From Macrostomum hystrix (taxonomy: Eukaryota; Animalia; Platyhelminthes): a stretch of DNA of 64,000 nt. Both the position numbers and the translations under genes were made by a program. Under the pieces are notes generated by a model. It had not been told where the DNA came from. It saw only the letters and a program-made list of their open reading frames with translations, and ran no database searches. Each line of letters begins with the position of its first letter. The stretch's first letter is position 1. Positions 1 to 12,052 of the stretch are shown piece by piece. The DNA lies in the NCBI GenBank assembly GCA_950097015.1, contig CATNEN010000008.1:3038001-3102000 (forward strand), given 5' to 3'.

Positions 1-1645
1 GATTGGCACCAGAATCCCAAGATTATCATCAGAATCCCAAGATTGGCACCAGAATCCCAAGATTAGCACCAGAATCCCAAGATTATCATCAGAATCCCAA
101 GATTGGCATCAGAATCCCAAGATTAGCACCAGAATCCCAAGAATAGCTTCAGAATCCCAAGATTAGCACCAGAATCCCAAGATTAGCACCAGAATTCCAA
201 GATTAGCACCAGAATTCCAAGATTAGCATCAGAATCCCAAGATTAGCACCAGAATCCCAAGAATAGCTTCAGAATCCCAAGATTGGCACCAGAATCCCAA
301 GATTAGCACCAGAATCCCAAGATTATCATCAGAATCCCAAGATTGGCATCAGAATCCCAAGATTAGCACCAGAATCCCAAGATTAGCTTCAGAATCCCAA
401 GATTAGCACCAGAATCGCAAGAATAGCTTCAGAATCCCAAGATTAGCACCAGAATCCCAAGATTAGCACCAGAATTCCAAGATTAGCACCAGAATCCCAA
501 GAATAGCATCAGAATCCCAAGATTAGCACCAGAATCCCAAGAATAGCTTCAGAATCCCAAGATTGGCACCAGAATCCCAAGATTAGCACCAGAATCCCAA
601 GATTATCATCAGAATCCCAAGATTGGCATCAGAATCCCAAGATTAGCACCAGAATCCCAAGAATAGCTTCAGAATCCCAAGATTAGCACCAGAATTCCAA
701 GATTAGCACCAGAATTCCAAGATTAGCATCAGAATCCCAAGATTAGCACCAGAATCCCAAGAATAGCTTCAGAATCCCAAGATTAGCACCAGAATCCCAA
801 GATTAGCACCAGAATCCCAAGATTAGCACCAGAATTCCAAGATTAGCACCAGAATCCCAAGAATAGCTTCAGAATCCCAAGATTAGCACCAGAATCCCAA
901 GATTAGCACCAGAATCCCAAGATTAGCACCAGAATCCCAAGAATAGCTTCAGAATCCCAAGATTAGCACCAGAATCCCAAGATTAGCACCAGAATCCCAA
1001 GATTAGCATCAGAATCCCAAGATTAGCACCAGAATCCCAAGAATAGCTTCAGAATCCCAAGATTAGCACCAGAATCCCAAGATTAGCACCAGAATCCCAA
1101 GAATAGCTTCAGAATCCCAAGATTAGCACCAGAATCCCAAGAATAGCTTCAGAATCCCAAGATTAGCACCAGAATCCCAAGATTAGCACCAGAATCCCAA
1201 GATTAGCACCAGAATTCCAAGATTAGCACCAGAATCCCAAGAATAGCTTCAGAATCCCAAGATTAGCACCAGAATCCCAAGATTAGCACCAGAATCCCAA
1301 GAATAGCTTCAGAATCCCAAGATTAGCACCAGAATCCCAAGATTAGCACCAGAATCCCAAGATTAGCACCAGAATCCCAAGAATAGCTTCAGAATCCCAA
1401 GATTAGCACCAGAATCCCAAGATTAGCACCAGAATCCCAAGAATAGCACCAGAATCCCAAGATTAGCATCAGAATCCCAAGATTAGCACCAGAATCCCAA
1501 GATTAGCACCAGAATCCCAAGATTAGCACCAGAATCCCAAGAATAGCTTCAGAATCCCAAGATTAGCACCAGAATCCCAAGATTAGCACCAGAATCCCAA
1601 GAATAGCACCAGAATCCCAAGATTAGCATCAGAGTCCCAAGATTA
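1..1645. repeat. 20-bp minisatellite (GATTAGCACCAGAATCCCAA), about 82 copies, in the tropomyosin intron upstream of exon 4a; left end beyond the window
   Basis: Strict 20-bp periodicity with variant units (GAATAGCTTC, GATTGGCACC, GATTATCATC). Confidence 0.97.
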
Positions 1646-1716
1646 GCGCCGAATTTCCTGGTATCTTGGGATCGTCATCCACCATTGCTGACACTCGCCG
1701 GTCTCCGCTGTCCCAG

Positions 1717-1905
1717 AGGCCGCAAGGTGCTGGAGACCCGCTCCATCGCCGACGATGAGCGCATCAACTCGCTGGAAGAGCAGCTGAAGGAGGCCAAGTT
1801 CATCGCTGAGGATGCGGATCGCAAATACGACGAGGCCGCCAGGAAGCTGGCCATCACCGAGGTCGACCTGGAACGGGCCGAGTCCCGCCTGGAGGCTGCT
1901 GAGAG
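1717..1905 (+). CDS. Tpm: Tropomyosin path A, fused exon 4a+5a (189 nt = 118+71)
   Basis: tcccag| acceptor and |gtggcg donor, both phase 2. Encodes [62 protein letters not shown], typical tropomyosin. Confidence 0.95.
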
Positions 1906-2154
1906 GTGGCGCATCCCCCTGATCTTTTTTTCCATTCTGCCGAATGAGTTTTTTATCCCCGTTCGCACGCACTTGGAACTGACGTGGCCTTTTCAAGTAA
2001 AAGAAGTCAAAACAGCTTCTGCGTGGCCTGACTAATGCGCATTGCTTGCTTTTTGGTATTGTTTGAGTTTTACATGATCCATAACTGACATAGCTTTACT
2101 GGCATTGAACCCTTCCTAGCGATTCTATTGTATCCAAAGAACGTTTAGATCCCT

Positions 2155-2590
2155 TCACAGACGTTCACATCCCATCCCGATTGTTCAGATCCCATCCCGA
2201 CTGTTCAGATCCCATCCCGATTGTTCAGATCCCATCCCGACTGTTCAGATCCCATCCCGACTGTTCAGATCCCATCCTGACTGTTCAGATCACATCCCAA
2301 TTGTCCAGATCCCATCTTGAATATTTAAATCCCATCCCGAATGTCCAGATCCCATCCCGACTGTCCAGATCCCATCCCGACTGTTCAGATCCCATCCCGA
2401 CTGTTCAGATTCCATCCCGACTGTTCAGATCCCATCCCGACTGTCCAGATCCCATCCCGATTGTTCAGATCCCATCCCGACTGTCCAGATCCCATCCAGA
2501 CTGTTTAGATCACATCCCAATTGTCTAGATCCATCTTGAATATTTAAATCCCATCCCGACTGTCCAGATCCCATCCTGAATAAAAAAATC
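2155..2590. repeat. Intronic 20-bp minisatellite (CAGATCCCATCCCGACTGTT)
   Basis: Visible tandem periodicity; explains the repetitive ORF 2181-2528. Confidence 0.93.
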
Positions 2591-2879
2591 TCATCCCGCA
2601 TTTTCAGATCGTATCCTGTATAGACCCCATCTTTGGAATCCCATCTCCGTCAACAAACGGAATAAAAAATCCCATACTAAGACGCGAATGTATTTTTGCG
2701 TGTCCCCAGTAAACCGTTTTATACAATTGTTTTTGTTTTTTATTACTATTTGCATGTGTTTTTGCTGTTACAGTTTTGCGTTGCCAATTGAGGTAGAAAT
2801 TCTAGGCTAGGATTATTCGACACGCATAATAAACATGTCAGCCTCATTGCACTCGCACCCGAACGTCGGATGTCATCAG

Positions 2880-3026
2880 ATCAACCGGAAGCTGCTGCTG
2901 ACCGAGACCCAACTGGATCGGGCCGAGCAGAGGGCCGAAGCAGCCGAGCAAAAAGTCAAGGACCTGTCGGACGAGCTGCACTCGGTGGCTAACAGTCTGA
3001 AATCGTTGGAGCTCAGAGATGCCAAG
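2880..3026 (+). CDS. Tpm: Tropomyosin path B, fused exon 5b+6b (147 nt = 71+76)
   Basis: catcag| acceptor and AAG|gttctt donor, phase 0/0. INRKLLLTETQLDRAEQRAEAAEQKVKDLSDELHSVANSLKSLELRDAK aligns to tropomyosin residues ~165-213. Confidence 0.85.
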
Positions 3027-3343
3027 GTTCTTCTTCACCTGTGTTTATATATATATATTTATTTATTTATTAGTTTATTTATTTGTTTATTTATTTGTTT
3101 TTTGTTTTTTTTTCTTTGTTTATTTGTTTATTTATTGATTATTTGTTTATTAGTTTATTTTTACAAAACGCCAGGGGGTCCTAGATGCAGTACTGTGTAG
3201 GTTTTGCAAATTATGTGGGTTGGTACCTTGTTCGACAGCATGGCCTGTTTGCCTCCTCGTCTCTCTTGACTTGATTGATTTATTAAAAAACGATTCTAAA
3301 AAATCTTGCTTAGCAACAAACACGTGTAAAAATATCATGGCAG

Positions 3344-3482
3344 CAAAATCCTGGAGCTGGAGGAGGAGCTGCGAGTTGTTGGCAGCAACATGAAATCTTT
3401 GGAGATCTCCGAGCAGGAGGCCGCTCAGCGCGAGGAGTCCTACGAAGAGACCATCCGGGATCTCACCGAGCGCCTCAAGGCT
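3344..3482 (+). CDS. Tpm: Tropomyosin path A, fused exon 6a+7a (139 nt = 76+63)
   Basis: ggcag| acceptor (phase 2) and |gtaagg donor (phase 0). Encodes [46 protein letters not shown]. Not in the ORF track because it lacks a start codon. Confidence 0.95.
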
Positions 3483-3552
3483 GTAAGGGAATTAGCCCGA
3501 CTGCACATTGTTGGCGATTGCTTTTACAGTTAGCCATGTTTACAAGTTACCA

Positions 3553-4172
3553 ACACATCTATTAGATTACGGAGGATTAGCAGCACATCTAAGAGATCAC
3601 GGATGCTTAGCGGCATGCTTAGCGGCACATCTATTAGATCACAGAGGATTAGCGGCACATCTATTAGATCACGGATGCTTAGCGGCACATCTATTAGATC
3701 ACAGAGGATTAGCGGCACATCTATTCGATCACGGATGCTTAGCGGCACATCTATTAGATCACAGAGGATTAGCGGCACATCTATTCGATCACAGAGGATT
3801 AGCGGCACATCTATTAGATCACTGATGCTTAGCGGCACATCTATTAGATCACAGAGGATTAGCGGCACATCTATTAGATCACTGATGCTTAGCGGCACAT
3901 CTATTAGATCACAGAGGATTAGTGGCACATCTATTCGATCACGGATGCTTAGCGGCACATCTATTAGATCACAGAGGATTAGTGGCACATCTATTAGATC
4001 ACAGAGGATTAGCGGCACATCTATTAGATCACTGATGCTTAGCGGCACATCTATTAGATCACTGATGCTTAGCGGCACATCTATTCGATCACAGAGGATT
4101 AGCGGCACATCTATTAGATCACAGAGGATTAGTGGCACATCTATTAGATCACGGAGGATTAGCGGCACATCT
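3553..4172. repeat. Intronic 30-bp minisatellite (GATCACAGAGGATTAGCGGCACATCTATTA)
   Basis: Tandem periodicity; 10-aa repeat ORFs on both strands. Confidence 0.93.
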
Positions 4173-4494
4173 ACAGCTTAAAGGCCAACTCTCATGTATT
4201 TTTCGACAGTCCAAGATTATGCTCACAATTCGATATTTTCAAACCATGGTTCTGTCAAAGAGGTACATAAATTCATGCTAAAGCAAAGTTCGATGCTGAA
4301 CTCCAGTCGTGTCGTCATCGCCTACAGATCTTGTGCATTTATGACTGATCCACATGCTGTGCTGTGAATAACCGAATGCGGATGACTTAAATGGGCTTTC
4401 AAGAGCATGGCGTTTTTGCGTTTCAATTAACGAATTTTTATTTTCATTTTTTATTGCAACTCTTTGACGTGAAATTATCAGATTTTCCTCATAT

Positions 4495-5185
4495 TTCTTT
4501 CTTACCCTGTCCTATTCTCCGATTTCTTCCGTTTCCTCTCCCTCCCCTCTCCTATGTCCTCTTCCCCGTCCTATTCTCCTATTTCTCCCCTTCCCTCCCC
4601 TCCCCTATGTTCTCTTCCCTGTCCTATTCTCCTATTTCTCCCCTTCCCTCCCCTCCCCTATGTTCTCTTCCCTGTCCTATTCTCCTATTTCTCCCCTTCC
4701 CTCCCCTCCCCTATGTTCTCTTCCCTGTCCTATTCTCCTATTTCTCCCCTTCCCTCCCCTCCCCTATGTTCTCTTCCCTGTCCTATTCTCCTATTTCTCC
4801 CCTTCCCTCCCCCCCCTATGTTCTCTTCCCTGTCCTAATCTCCTATTTCTCCCCTTCCCTCCCCTCCCCTATGTTCTCTTCCCCGTCCTAATCTCCTATT
4901 TCTCTCCTTCCCTCCCCTCCCCTATGTTCTCTTCCCTGTCCTAATCTCCTATTTCTCTCCTTCCCTCCCCTCCCCTATGTTCTCTTCCCTGTCCTAATCT
5001 CCTATTTCTCTCCTTCCCTCCCCTCCCCTATGTTCTCTTCCCTGTCCTATTCTCCTATTTCTCTCCTTCCCTCCCCTCCCCTATGTTCTCTTCCCTGTCC
5101 TAATCTCCTATTTCTCTCCTTCCCTCCCCTCCCCTATGTTCTCTTCCCTGTCCTATTCTCCTAATTCTCCCCTTCCCTCCCGTCC
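4495..5185. repeat. Intronic 53-bp pyrimidine-rich minisatellite
   Basis: Unit CCTATGTTCTCTTCCCTGTCCTATTCTCCTATTTCTCCCCTTCCCTCCCCTCC; ORF starts 4554 and 4660 are 2x53 apart. Confidence 0.92.
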
Positions 5186-5267
5186 ACTGTGTTTTCTTCC
5201 CTGCATGAGCATAGCCCAATGCACCTTGCTTGTTTTAACCAGCCCTGCCTGTCGTACCGGTTTTCAG

Positions 5268-5330
5268 TCCGCCACTAGGGAGGAGTCGTACGAGACTCAG
5301 ATTAAGAACCTGACTCGCCGGCTTGCCGAG
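5268..5330 (+). CDS. Tpm: Tropomyosin path B exon 7b (63 nt)
   Basis: ttttcag| acceptor and GAG|gtaaat donor, phase 0/0. SATREESYETQIKNLTRRLAE matches residues ~214-234. Confidence 0.9.
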
Positions 5331-5519
5331 GTAAATAGCGTGCATTGTTTTGTTCTTCAAAATATTTAACTTTGGCAGCTGAGTGTGAGCGTGTGTGCTG
5401 AACTGTATGAGTGATACTTTTTACTTGGCTTGTTGGCATGCTCTGTTCTACGTCCAGTTTTTTTATGAAGGCATGACATTAATTAAAAAGCAGCATGCTT
5501 TCATAATTTTGACTAATCA

Positions 5520-6130
5520 GTAACCCCATCAGTCACTCTCAAGCCTAATCAGTCACTCTTAAAGCCCATCAGTCACTCTTAAAGCCCATCAGTCACTCTT
5601 AAAGCCCATCAGTCACTCTCAAAGCCCATCAGTCACTCTTAAAGCCCATCAGTCACTCTTAAAGCCCATCAGTCACTCTTAAAGCCCATCAGTCACTCTT
5701 AAAGCCCATCAGTCTCTCAAAGCCCATCAGTCACTCTCAAGCCTAATGAGTCACTCTCAAAGCCCATCAGTCACTCTCAAGCCTAATGAGTCACTCTCAA
5801 AGCCCATCAGTCACCCTCTAAGTCCTCCAATCACTCTCAAAGCCCATCAGTCACTCTCAATGCCCATCAGTCACTCTTAAAGCCTTCCAATCACTCTCAA
5901 AGCCCTCCAATCACTCTCAAAGCCCATCAGTCACTCTCAAAGCCCTCCAATCACTCTCAAAGCCCATCAGTCACTCTCAAAGCCCATCAGTCACTCTCAA
6001 AACCCGATCAGTCACTCTCAAAGCCCATCAGTCACTCTCAAAGCCCAATCAGTCACTCTCAATGCCCATCAGTCACTCTCAAAGCCCATCAGTCACTCTT
6101 AAAGCCCATCAGTCACTCTCAAAGCCCTCA
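5520..6130. repeat. Intronic 19-20-bp minisatellite (AAAGCCCATCAGTCACTCTY)
   Basis: Visible tandem periodicity. Confidence 0.93.
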
Positions 6131-6332
6131 AATCACTATCACTCACTCTCAATTAACAAACTAACATCATAACGAACTTATCCTAACCGGACGACACGAC
6201 TGAGAACACAGAGAAAATTATACTAGCCTGAGTCAAAGAAACCTGCAAACATGAACTCGCTGAGACCTGAGCAAGACCTGAGCAAGACCTGAGCAAGCCA
6301 ATATTAAAATAATGCTTTCTCACTTGTTAAAG

Positions 6333-6402
6333 GCTGAGCAGCGCGCCCAGGAGGCCGAACGGCAGGTGTCCAAACTGCAGAGCGAAGTGGACAGGCTGGA
6401 GG
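6333..6402 (+). CDS. Tpm: Tropomyosin exon 8a (70 nt)
   Basis: ttaaag| acceptor and G|gtatgc donor, phase 0/1. Encodes AEQRAQEAERQVSKLQSEVDRLE. Confidence 0.92.
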
Positions 6403-6590
6403 GTATGCTGACAGGAGATAACATCGAGACGAAACGAACCGATTCCCACTTCGAGAGCATTGCGTCGGCAGCTTAGAAGCGGGGCAGAGCAGAGCATGCC
6501 GCATGCCTGTGTGTGTGTGTGTCATTTCAGAGCTGCCCAAGCATTTCGCATGCCTCATTGCCCCCCGTGTGCCAACCCTTTCTATTCAAG

Positions 6591-6660
6591 GCTGAGGATC
6601 GGGCCGAGAAAGCCGAACGCGAGTCCATCAAGCATCAGAAGGAACTGGATAAGGTTGAGG
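6591..6660 (+). CDS. Tpm: Tropomyosin exon 8b (70 nt), alternative to 8a
   Basis: ttcaag| acceptor and G|gtgagc donor, phase 0/1. Encodes AEDRAEKAERESIKHQKELDKVE; same size and phase as 8a. Confidence 0.88.
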
Positions 6661-6974
6661 GTGAGCATGCGACCGTGTGCTGTGCCAGAGTCACTTCGCA
6701 TCAGGGACAGAGCCGGGGTTTGGGGACGCTTGAGTAGGGATTAAAGGATGTTCAACAGCCATGTCAAGATAATTGAGGGATAAATTATATAAGGTGGGAT
6801 AAAAATAAGGATAGTGTGATTCAGGTTCGGATAAAGAAAGACAGTAAATAAGAAGTAGAAAAGAGGGGAAGCGGGACACGGGTTTGTGATAAACAGAGAC
6901 AGGTAGTGTAAGTGGGGAGACAGGATGAGGTAGATGAGGAACGGGTTTAGATAAATTTGGGATAACTGAGGGAT

Positions 6975-7960
6975 AGTGAAACCGGTTGAGATAATTGAGG
7001 AACATGTTGGGATAAGTGAGGAACAGGTTGGGATAAGTGAGGAACAAGTTGGGATAAGTGAGGAACAGGTTGGGATAAGTGAGGAACAGGTTGGGATAAG
7101 TGAGGAACAGGTTGGGATAAGTGAGGAACAAGTTGGGATAAGTGAGGAACAGGTTGGGATAAGTGAGGAACATGTTGGGATAAGTGAGGAACAGGTTGGG
7201 ATAAGTGAGGAACAGGTTGGGATAAGTGAGGAACAAGTTGGGATAAGTGAGGAACAAGTTGGGATAAGTGAGGAACAGGTTGGGATAAGTGAGGAACAGG
7301 TTGGGATAAGTGAGGAACAGGTTGGGATAAGTGAGGAACAAGTTGGGATAAGTGAGGAACAGGTTGGGATAAGTGAGGAACATGTTGGGATAAGTGAGGA
7401 ACAGGTTGGGATAAGTGAGGAACAGGTTGGGATAAGTGAGGAACAGGTTGGGATAAGTGAGGAACAGGTTGGGATAAGTGAGGAACAGGTTGGGATAAGT
7501 GAGGAACAGGTTGGGATAAGTGAGCAACAGGTTGGTGATAATTGAAGATCAAGTTAGGGATAATTGAGGAACAAGTTGGGATAAGTGAGGAACAGGTTGG
7601 GATAAGTGAGGAACAGGTTGGGATAAGTGAGGAACAGGTTGGGATAAGTGAGGAACAGGTTGGGATAAGTGAGGAACAGGTTGGGATAAGTGAGGAACAA
7701 GTTGGGATAAGTGAGGAACAGGTTGGGATAAGTGAGGAACAGGTTGGGATAAGTGAGGAACAGGTTGGTGATAATTGAAGATCAAGTTAGGGATAATTGA
7801 GGAACAAGTTGGGATAAGTGAGGAACAGGTTGGGATAAGTGAGGAACAGGTTGGGATAAGTGAGGAACAGGTTGGGATAAGTGAGGAACAGGTTGGGATA
7901 AGTGAGGAACAGGTTGGGATAAGTGAGGAACAGGTTGGGATAAGTGAGGAACAGGTTGGG
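6975..7960. repeat. Intronic 21-bp minisatellite (GAGGAACAGGTTGGGATAAGT)
   Basis: Tandem periodicity; source of the GISEEQV and LFLTYPN pseudo-ORFs. Confidence 0.96.
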
Positions 7961-8039
7961 TACAACAGAGGAGCAGGGAGCATGCCCGGCAGGTCCGCAT
8001 GTTGCGCATGGTTCTGTGATGTGCGAATTCCTATTGCAG

Positions 8040-8122
8040 AGCGCCTGCTAGACGAGAAGCAGCGCCACGCGGCCCTCAAGCAGGAGATGGACGGCATGCT
8101 GGGCGAGTTTCAGAAGATCTAA
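8040..8122 (+). CDS. Tpm: Tropomyosin terminal exon 9b (83 nt including stop)
   Basis: attgcag| acceptor, phase 1. Encodes (E)RLLDEKQRHAALKQEMDGMLGEFQKI*. Confidence 0.88.
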
Positions 8123-9600
8123 AACCCGATTGCCGCGATCAGAGGAATAGAAACAGAATTTCTCCCGTTTCTGAGATCCCGTCTAGCGGGGGTTTCTTTT
8201 GAAAAGAACTGGCTAGAAATGCTGCAAAATAACAAAACGCTTTACCGCCTGAATCCATTTAGTATTTCTCCGCTTGCTCTGTGTTGATGCGTCTGCACCG
8301 ACTGACCTGCAATGCTTTAGTTTATTAATAACTTTTTTATTAACAAACGCTCGCTTCAGTTTTCTTGTTTGAACCGGCCTCTCCACTCTGGTGTTGTTTA
8401 CCCTGTTGGTCTGTTTGTCTGTTCATCTTTGGCTTCAAGTTAGTCTGTCTGCGGTAGCTGCTGCAAGTTTGGGGTTGTTTCACCAGTTCTTTTCAGAGGG
8501 ATCAATCAGGACTGAAATTCGGTTTCCCAAATCAATTTTTCTTAGCATTGCTTCTCATTCCTTTCGTTGGTCTACTAGAATTGCAGCTTTATTTTATATT
8601 TAAACAAAAATGTTAGCCTGGTATTTATGCTTAGTGTATACTTATGAAACTATTTATTAAAGCGATACAATCTATTTAAATATTCCGAATTTCCTATCTC
8701 CAGCTTTGCACATCTCCATACAATCATCTGCTTCACCCGATTCTCGCTCTATCCGATTTCTGAACCATATTGAAATTATAAGCTAGTCCTAAAATATTCC
8801 ACAATATGAGCTACAAATGCGCATCTGCCTACTATTAAGTAGCGCAGTAGGAATATTCCGCAGCTTGTGTGTTTTTTACTAAAATTTCCATTCCCTATAG
8901 CGTGATCGCATTGTTTTTGTTAAGTAAAAAGTAACAAGTTTACTAAAAACGGAAATGTCCTTGTTTTCGATTGTGGCACAGCAGTTAATTATGCACGAGC
9001 TGCTAACAGTTCTAGACAATTTTTCGCAACTTTCTCGCCTTATATTTCTTCTGTAAGTAGCAAGTAAGCAAATTATGCTAGTTTTTCTGCCTGTTTTTGT
9101 CATAGACTGGCTTGGAAAACAATTCTGGTTTGACGAAGCAATCGCCAGTTTACATGCCACTTAGCCCAGTAATTCAAAGCGATTTGCGTATTTATAATGC
9201 AACTCCTTCAAATTCGTTTATAATACACTTCTCATTTAGTTAATTCGAAAGCCATAGCCCCTATAACGGCTGCTAGAAGGATCATTTCGAGGGAAATAAT
9301 ATTGGCTTGAATCGTTTTGAAGTTCTCGCTAACCGCTGTGAAGTAGTTTTATATTGTCAGTTTTTTGTTCATTTTTCCACATTGGGAATCTGGTATGCCC
9401 TATTCGAGTTTCTGTGCTAAATAACTGCCACCTGGCTTGTTTTTCACTCATTGCATGGAGCGTGGAAATTGGTTAGTAACCTTTTTATGATAGTCGAAAT
9501 GGGTTCGTTTCGTCTCTTATTAAGTATTGGAAAACAATTGCCGATGCATACTACTGTCAGGGGCAGTCAACGTATACCATTTGCTATTTTATCTCCGCAG

Positions 9601-9683
9601 ACGAACTGCTGTCAGAGAAGGAGCGCTACAAGGGCATCAGCGAGGAGCTGGACCAGACCTTTGCCGAGCTCACCGGCTATTAA
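9601..9683 (+). CDS. Tpm: Tropomyosin terminal exon 9a (canonical invertebrate muscle-type C-terminus)
   Basis: ctccgcag| acceptor, phase 1. Encodes (D)[26 protein letters not shown]. Confidence 0.95.
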
Positions 9684-12052
9684 AATCCAACGATTTAGTG
9701 AGGCCTCGGGTTCGATTCCCATCGGTCCTGATTGGCGCGTGTCGATTAACAGCTACTGCATCTGCACTGACTGCAAAGGTGGCAATGGAAACAATTTTTC
9801 AATCTGTGTTTCTCTATTATTTCTGTATTCGCTCTTCTTACTCCACTCCCCGTCTCTAGTAAAAACGCCATGTTCGACTTTCTTTTTATTCAAATTGCAG
9901 AGAGATGTATCAAGATCAGGAGAGGGGCGAGCTTCGCACAAATTTTATAATTTTTTTCGATGTACGCACGCCATAGTAATGCATTACAATCATATATGCT
10001 GTACCTTAATAGCCTAAGTACTTTTAGGTTAAAAAGTACATGTAAGTTCTGCTTCCGCTTTCCTGGCTCCCCAAAATGCGAGCCCCGGATCTTTCGGTAA
10101 TCCCCGCACTTCTTTTGCTATAGCTAATAATAGATTCTATAATAATAAACAATTCTGCATGCTACGAGCCTAAAGCCTGATCCAGAGAAATGCGAACAAG
10201 ATATCAAAGCTTGAAGTATCCGATTTATAAGATACCGATACAGTATACGATTCTCCTTTCCTTTTTTACCGCGCTTTATCTCAGTAAAATACAATGGGTC
10301 TTCGCGCTCGCCAGCCTTAATTTTCAATGTACTAACAAATGCCAGTTAACTAGATTTCTTTACTTTTGGGTCTCCCAAAAAGTATTTTCGCGAAGCTGCG
10401 GCGCTTCCGACTCTTGTAGCAAAGTCCCCGAGCTCGAATCTTCAGCGAGGCCACATTGATATGTTATGTAGCCACAGAGAGAAGGTCTACTGTTTGTAGG
10501 GCAACTCATGAAAGCCAACCCCCAAGGCACAGTGAGAATGTACAGCACTGCCTGACGATGAGAAATGCTGGGCAAAGGCAAACATGCAGTGCACCTGTGA
10601 GGGCTATAGCGCAGTGTGCTTGTGTACGCTACGATCACTGCCAATAGTTGTTCTCATAGAGGTCAGTGGCATGGGTATAACTCCCCGCTGGCAGGGGATC
10701 GATGATATGCGTCAAAACCCACAGCGCTTTTGTCTAGACCCAATTTCGTAATAGTCTGAAATCAACAGATCTTTTAAGCTGACTGAAGTTTCGAAACCAA
10801 AAGGTTTGTATCCAGATCCGCAACATCTAGATCTAGGTTAAGATTTAGAGAGAAACCCTGATATAATTTTTGTACGAGTATACGAGTAAGCCAAATATAA
10901 TAAATATACAATATTTCTTTTTTACTTGAATTTCCGTATAGAAATCAAAGTACATCTCTGTCATTGCTTTCCTTTCTTCCGGATATCCGTTAGGCTAACA
11001 TGTTCTTTGAACTTTCTGCATACCAAGTAGTAGAAGACAAAATTGAGCAGTGTATATATTCACAGCATCAATTAAAAGTTTGTTTGGTGAGACACTAGAC
11101 TTAGAAAATTTAAATCACAAGTTCTTTGCAGCTTAATAATTTGTTTTACTTTAGATGTGCAGTTTATATCAAATTTAACTTCGTTCGTTGAGTCAATTAA
11201 ATTTTAATTTTAATTTAATTACATAATATATCACTGTGATAATCAATATCATAAAAGTCAAGATTCATGTTATTTGTTGAAATGAAATTGAAAATTGGAA
11301 AGATGAAATTGCCTTATCGAATATTGCCTGCATCAGCCTGCTGAACCTATATTCTACATATCGCATATCACTTCACTATCACATATAATATTTATTTATG
11401 AATTATGTATGGCCAGTATGGGTTCCCCAACAGAATTTTCTCCCTCACCTAAAGGCATGCATTCATTTATTTTACTAGTAGGTGCAGACACTGCCTAATG
11501 CATTTGCTTGCTACCAAATGCAACCTGAGACACTAATTAGTATTCATCTCTTACAAGCAGTCATAAGTACTCATCTTTTAAGTCTTTAGAAAAAAGTTCT
11601 TCACTAGGCCCTAATTGGTAGGCCCTACTTGTACCTGTCTTTGACTAAAGTAGCTGGGACATGCGTCAAGATGTGTCAAGGTCACAGCACCCATTTGTTT
11701 AATGTTGATGGGTATGACAAAAGCAGCAAAGGGGCTTCTTAACTTTATTCCTATAAATACTTGCATTTTCCAATCAACTTGAAACTTCACCCACCATCTT
11801 CTACAAACAGTGTTTTTGTCTTCTACAAAGACAGTGGGTTGTTGACTGACTAAGTTTGTAGCTTGCCTGTTGACTGTAGCTGAGAAAAGTTTATATATAA
11901 AGTAATAAGTACAACTTTTCTTATAGCTTTAGTTTTTATGAAAAAGAAGATTAAAACTAGTCTTCATTTATGAACAATAAGTGCTTTATTGCAGTTTTTG
12001 CTGTCATTAGTCATCATTGTCATGATTCCCACAAAGAAAGTCCTTCTCCTTG

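Noticed and set aside
1830-1840. Internal GC donor (GAG|GCCGCC) letting exon 4a splice to 5b6b
   Set aside because: Poor match to the GC-donor consensus (AG|GCAAGT); a separate upstream exon 4b is more plausible. Not excluded without RNA data.
3530-7778. Repetitive ORFs (GISEEQV, SGTSIRS, LFLTYPN and similar)
   Set aside because: They coincide exactly with intronic minisatellites between genuine tropomyosin exons.
10360-10647. Short ORFs downstream of tropomyosin
   Set aside because: No homology or convincing splice pattern recognised.
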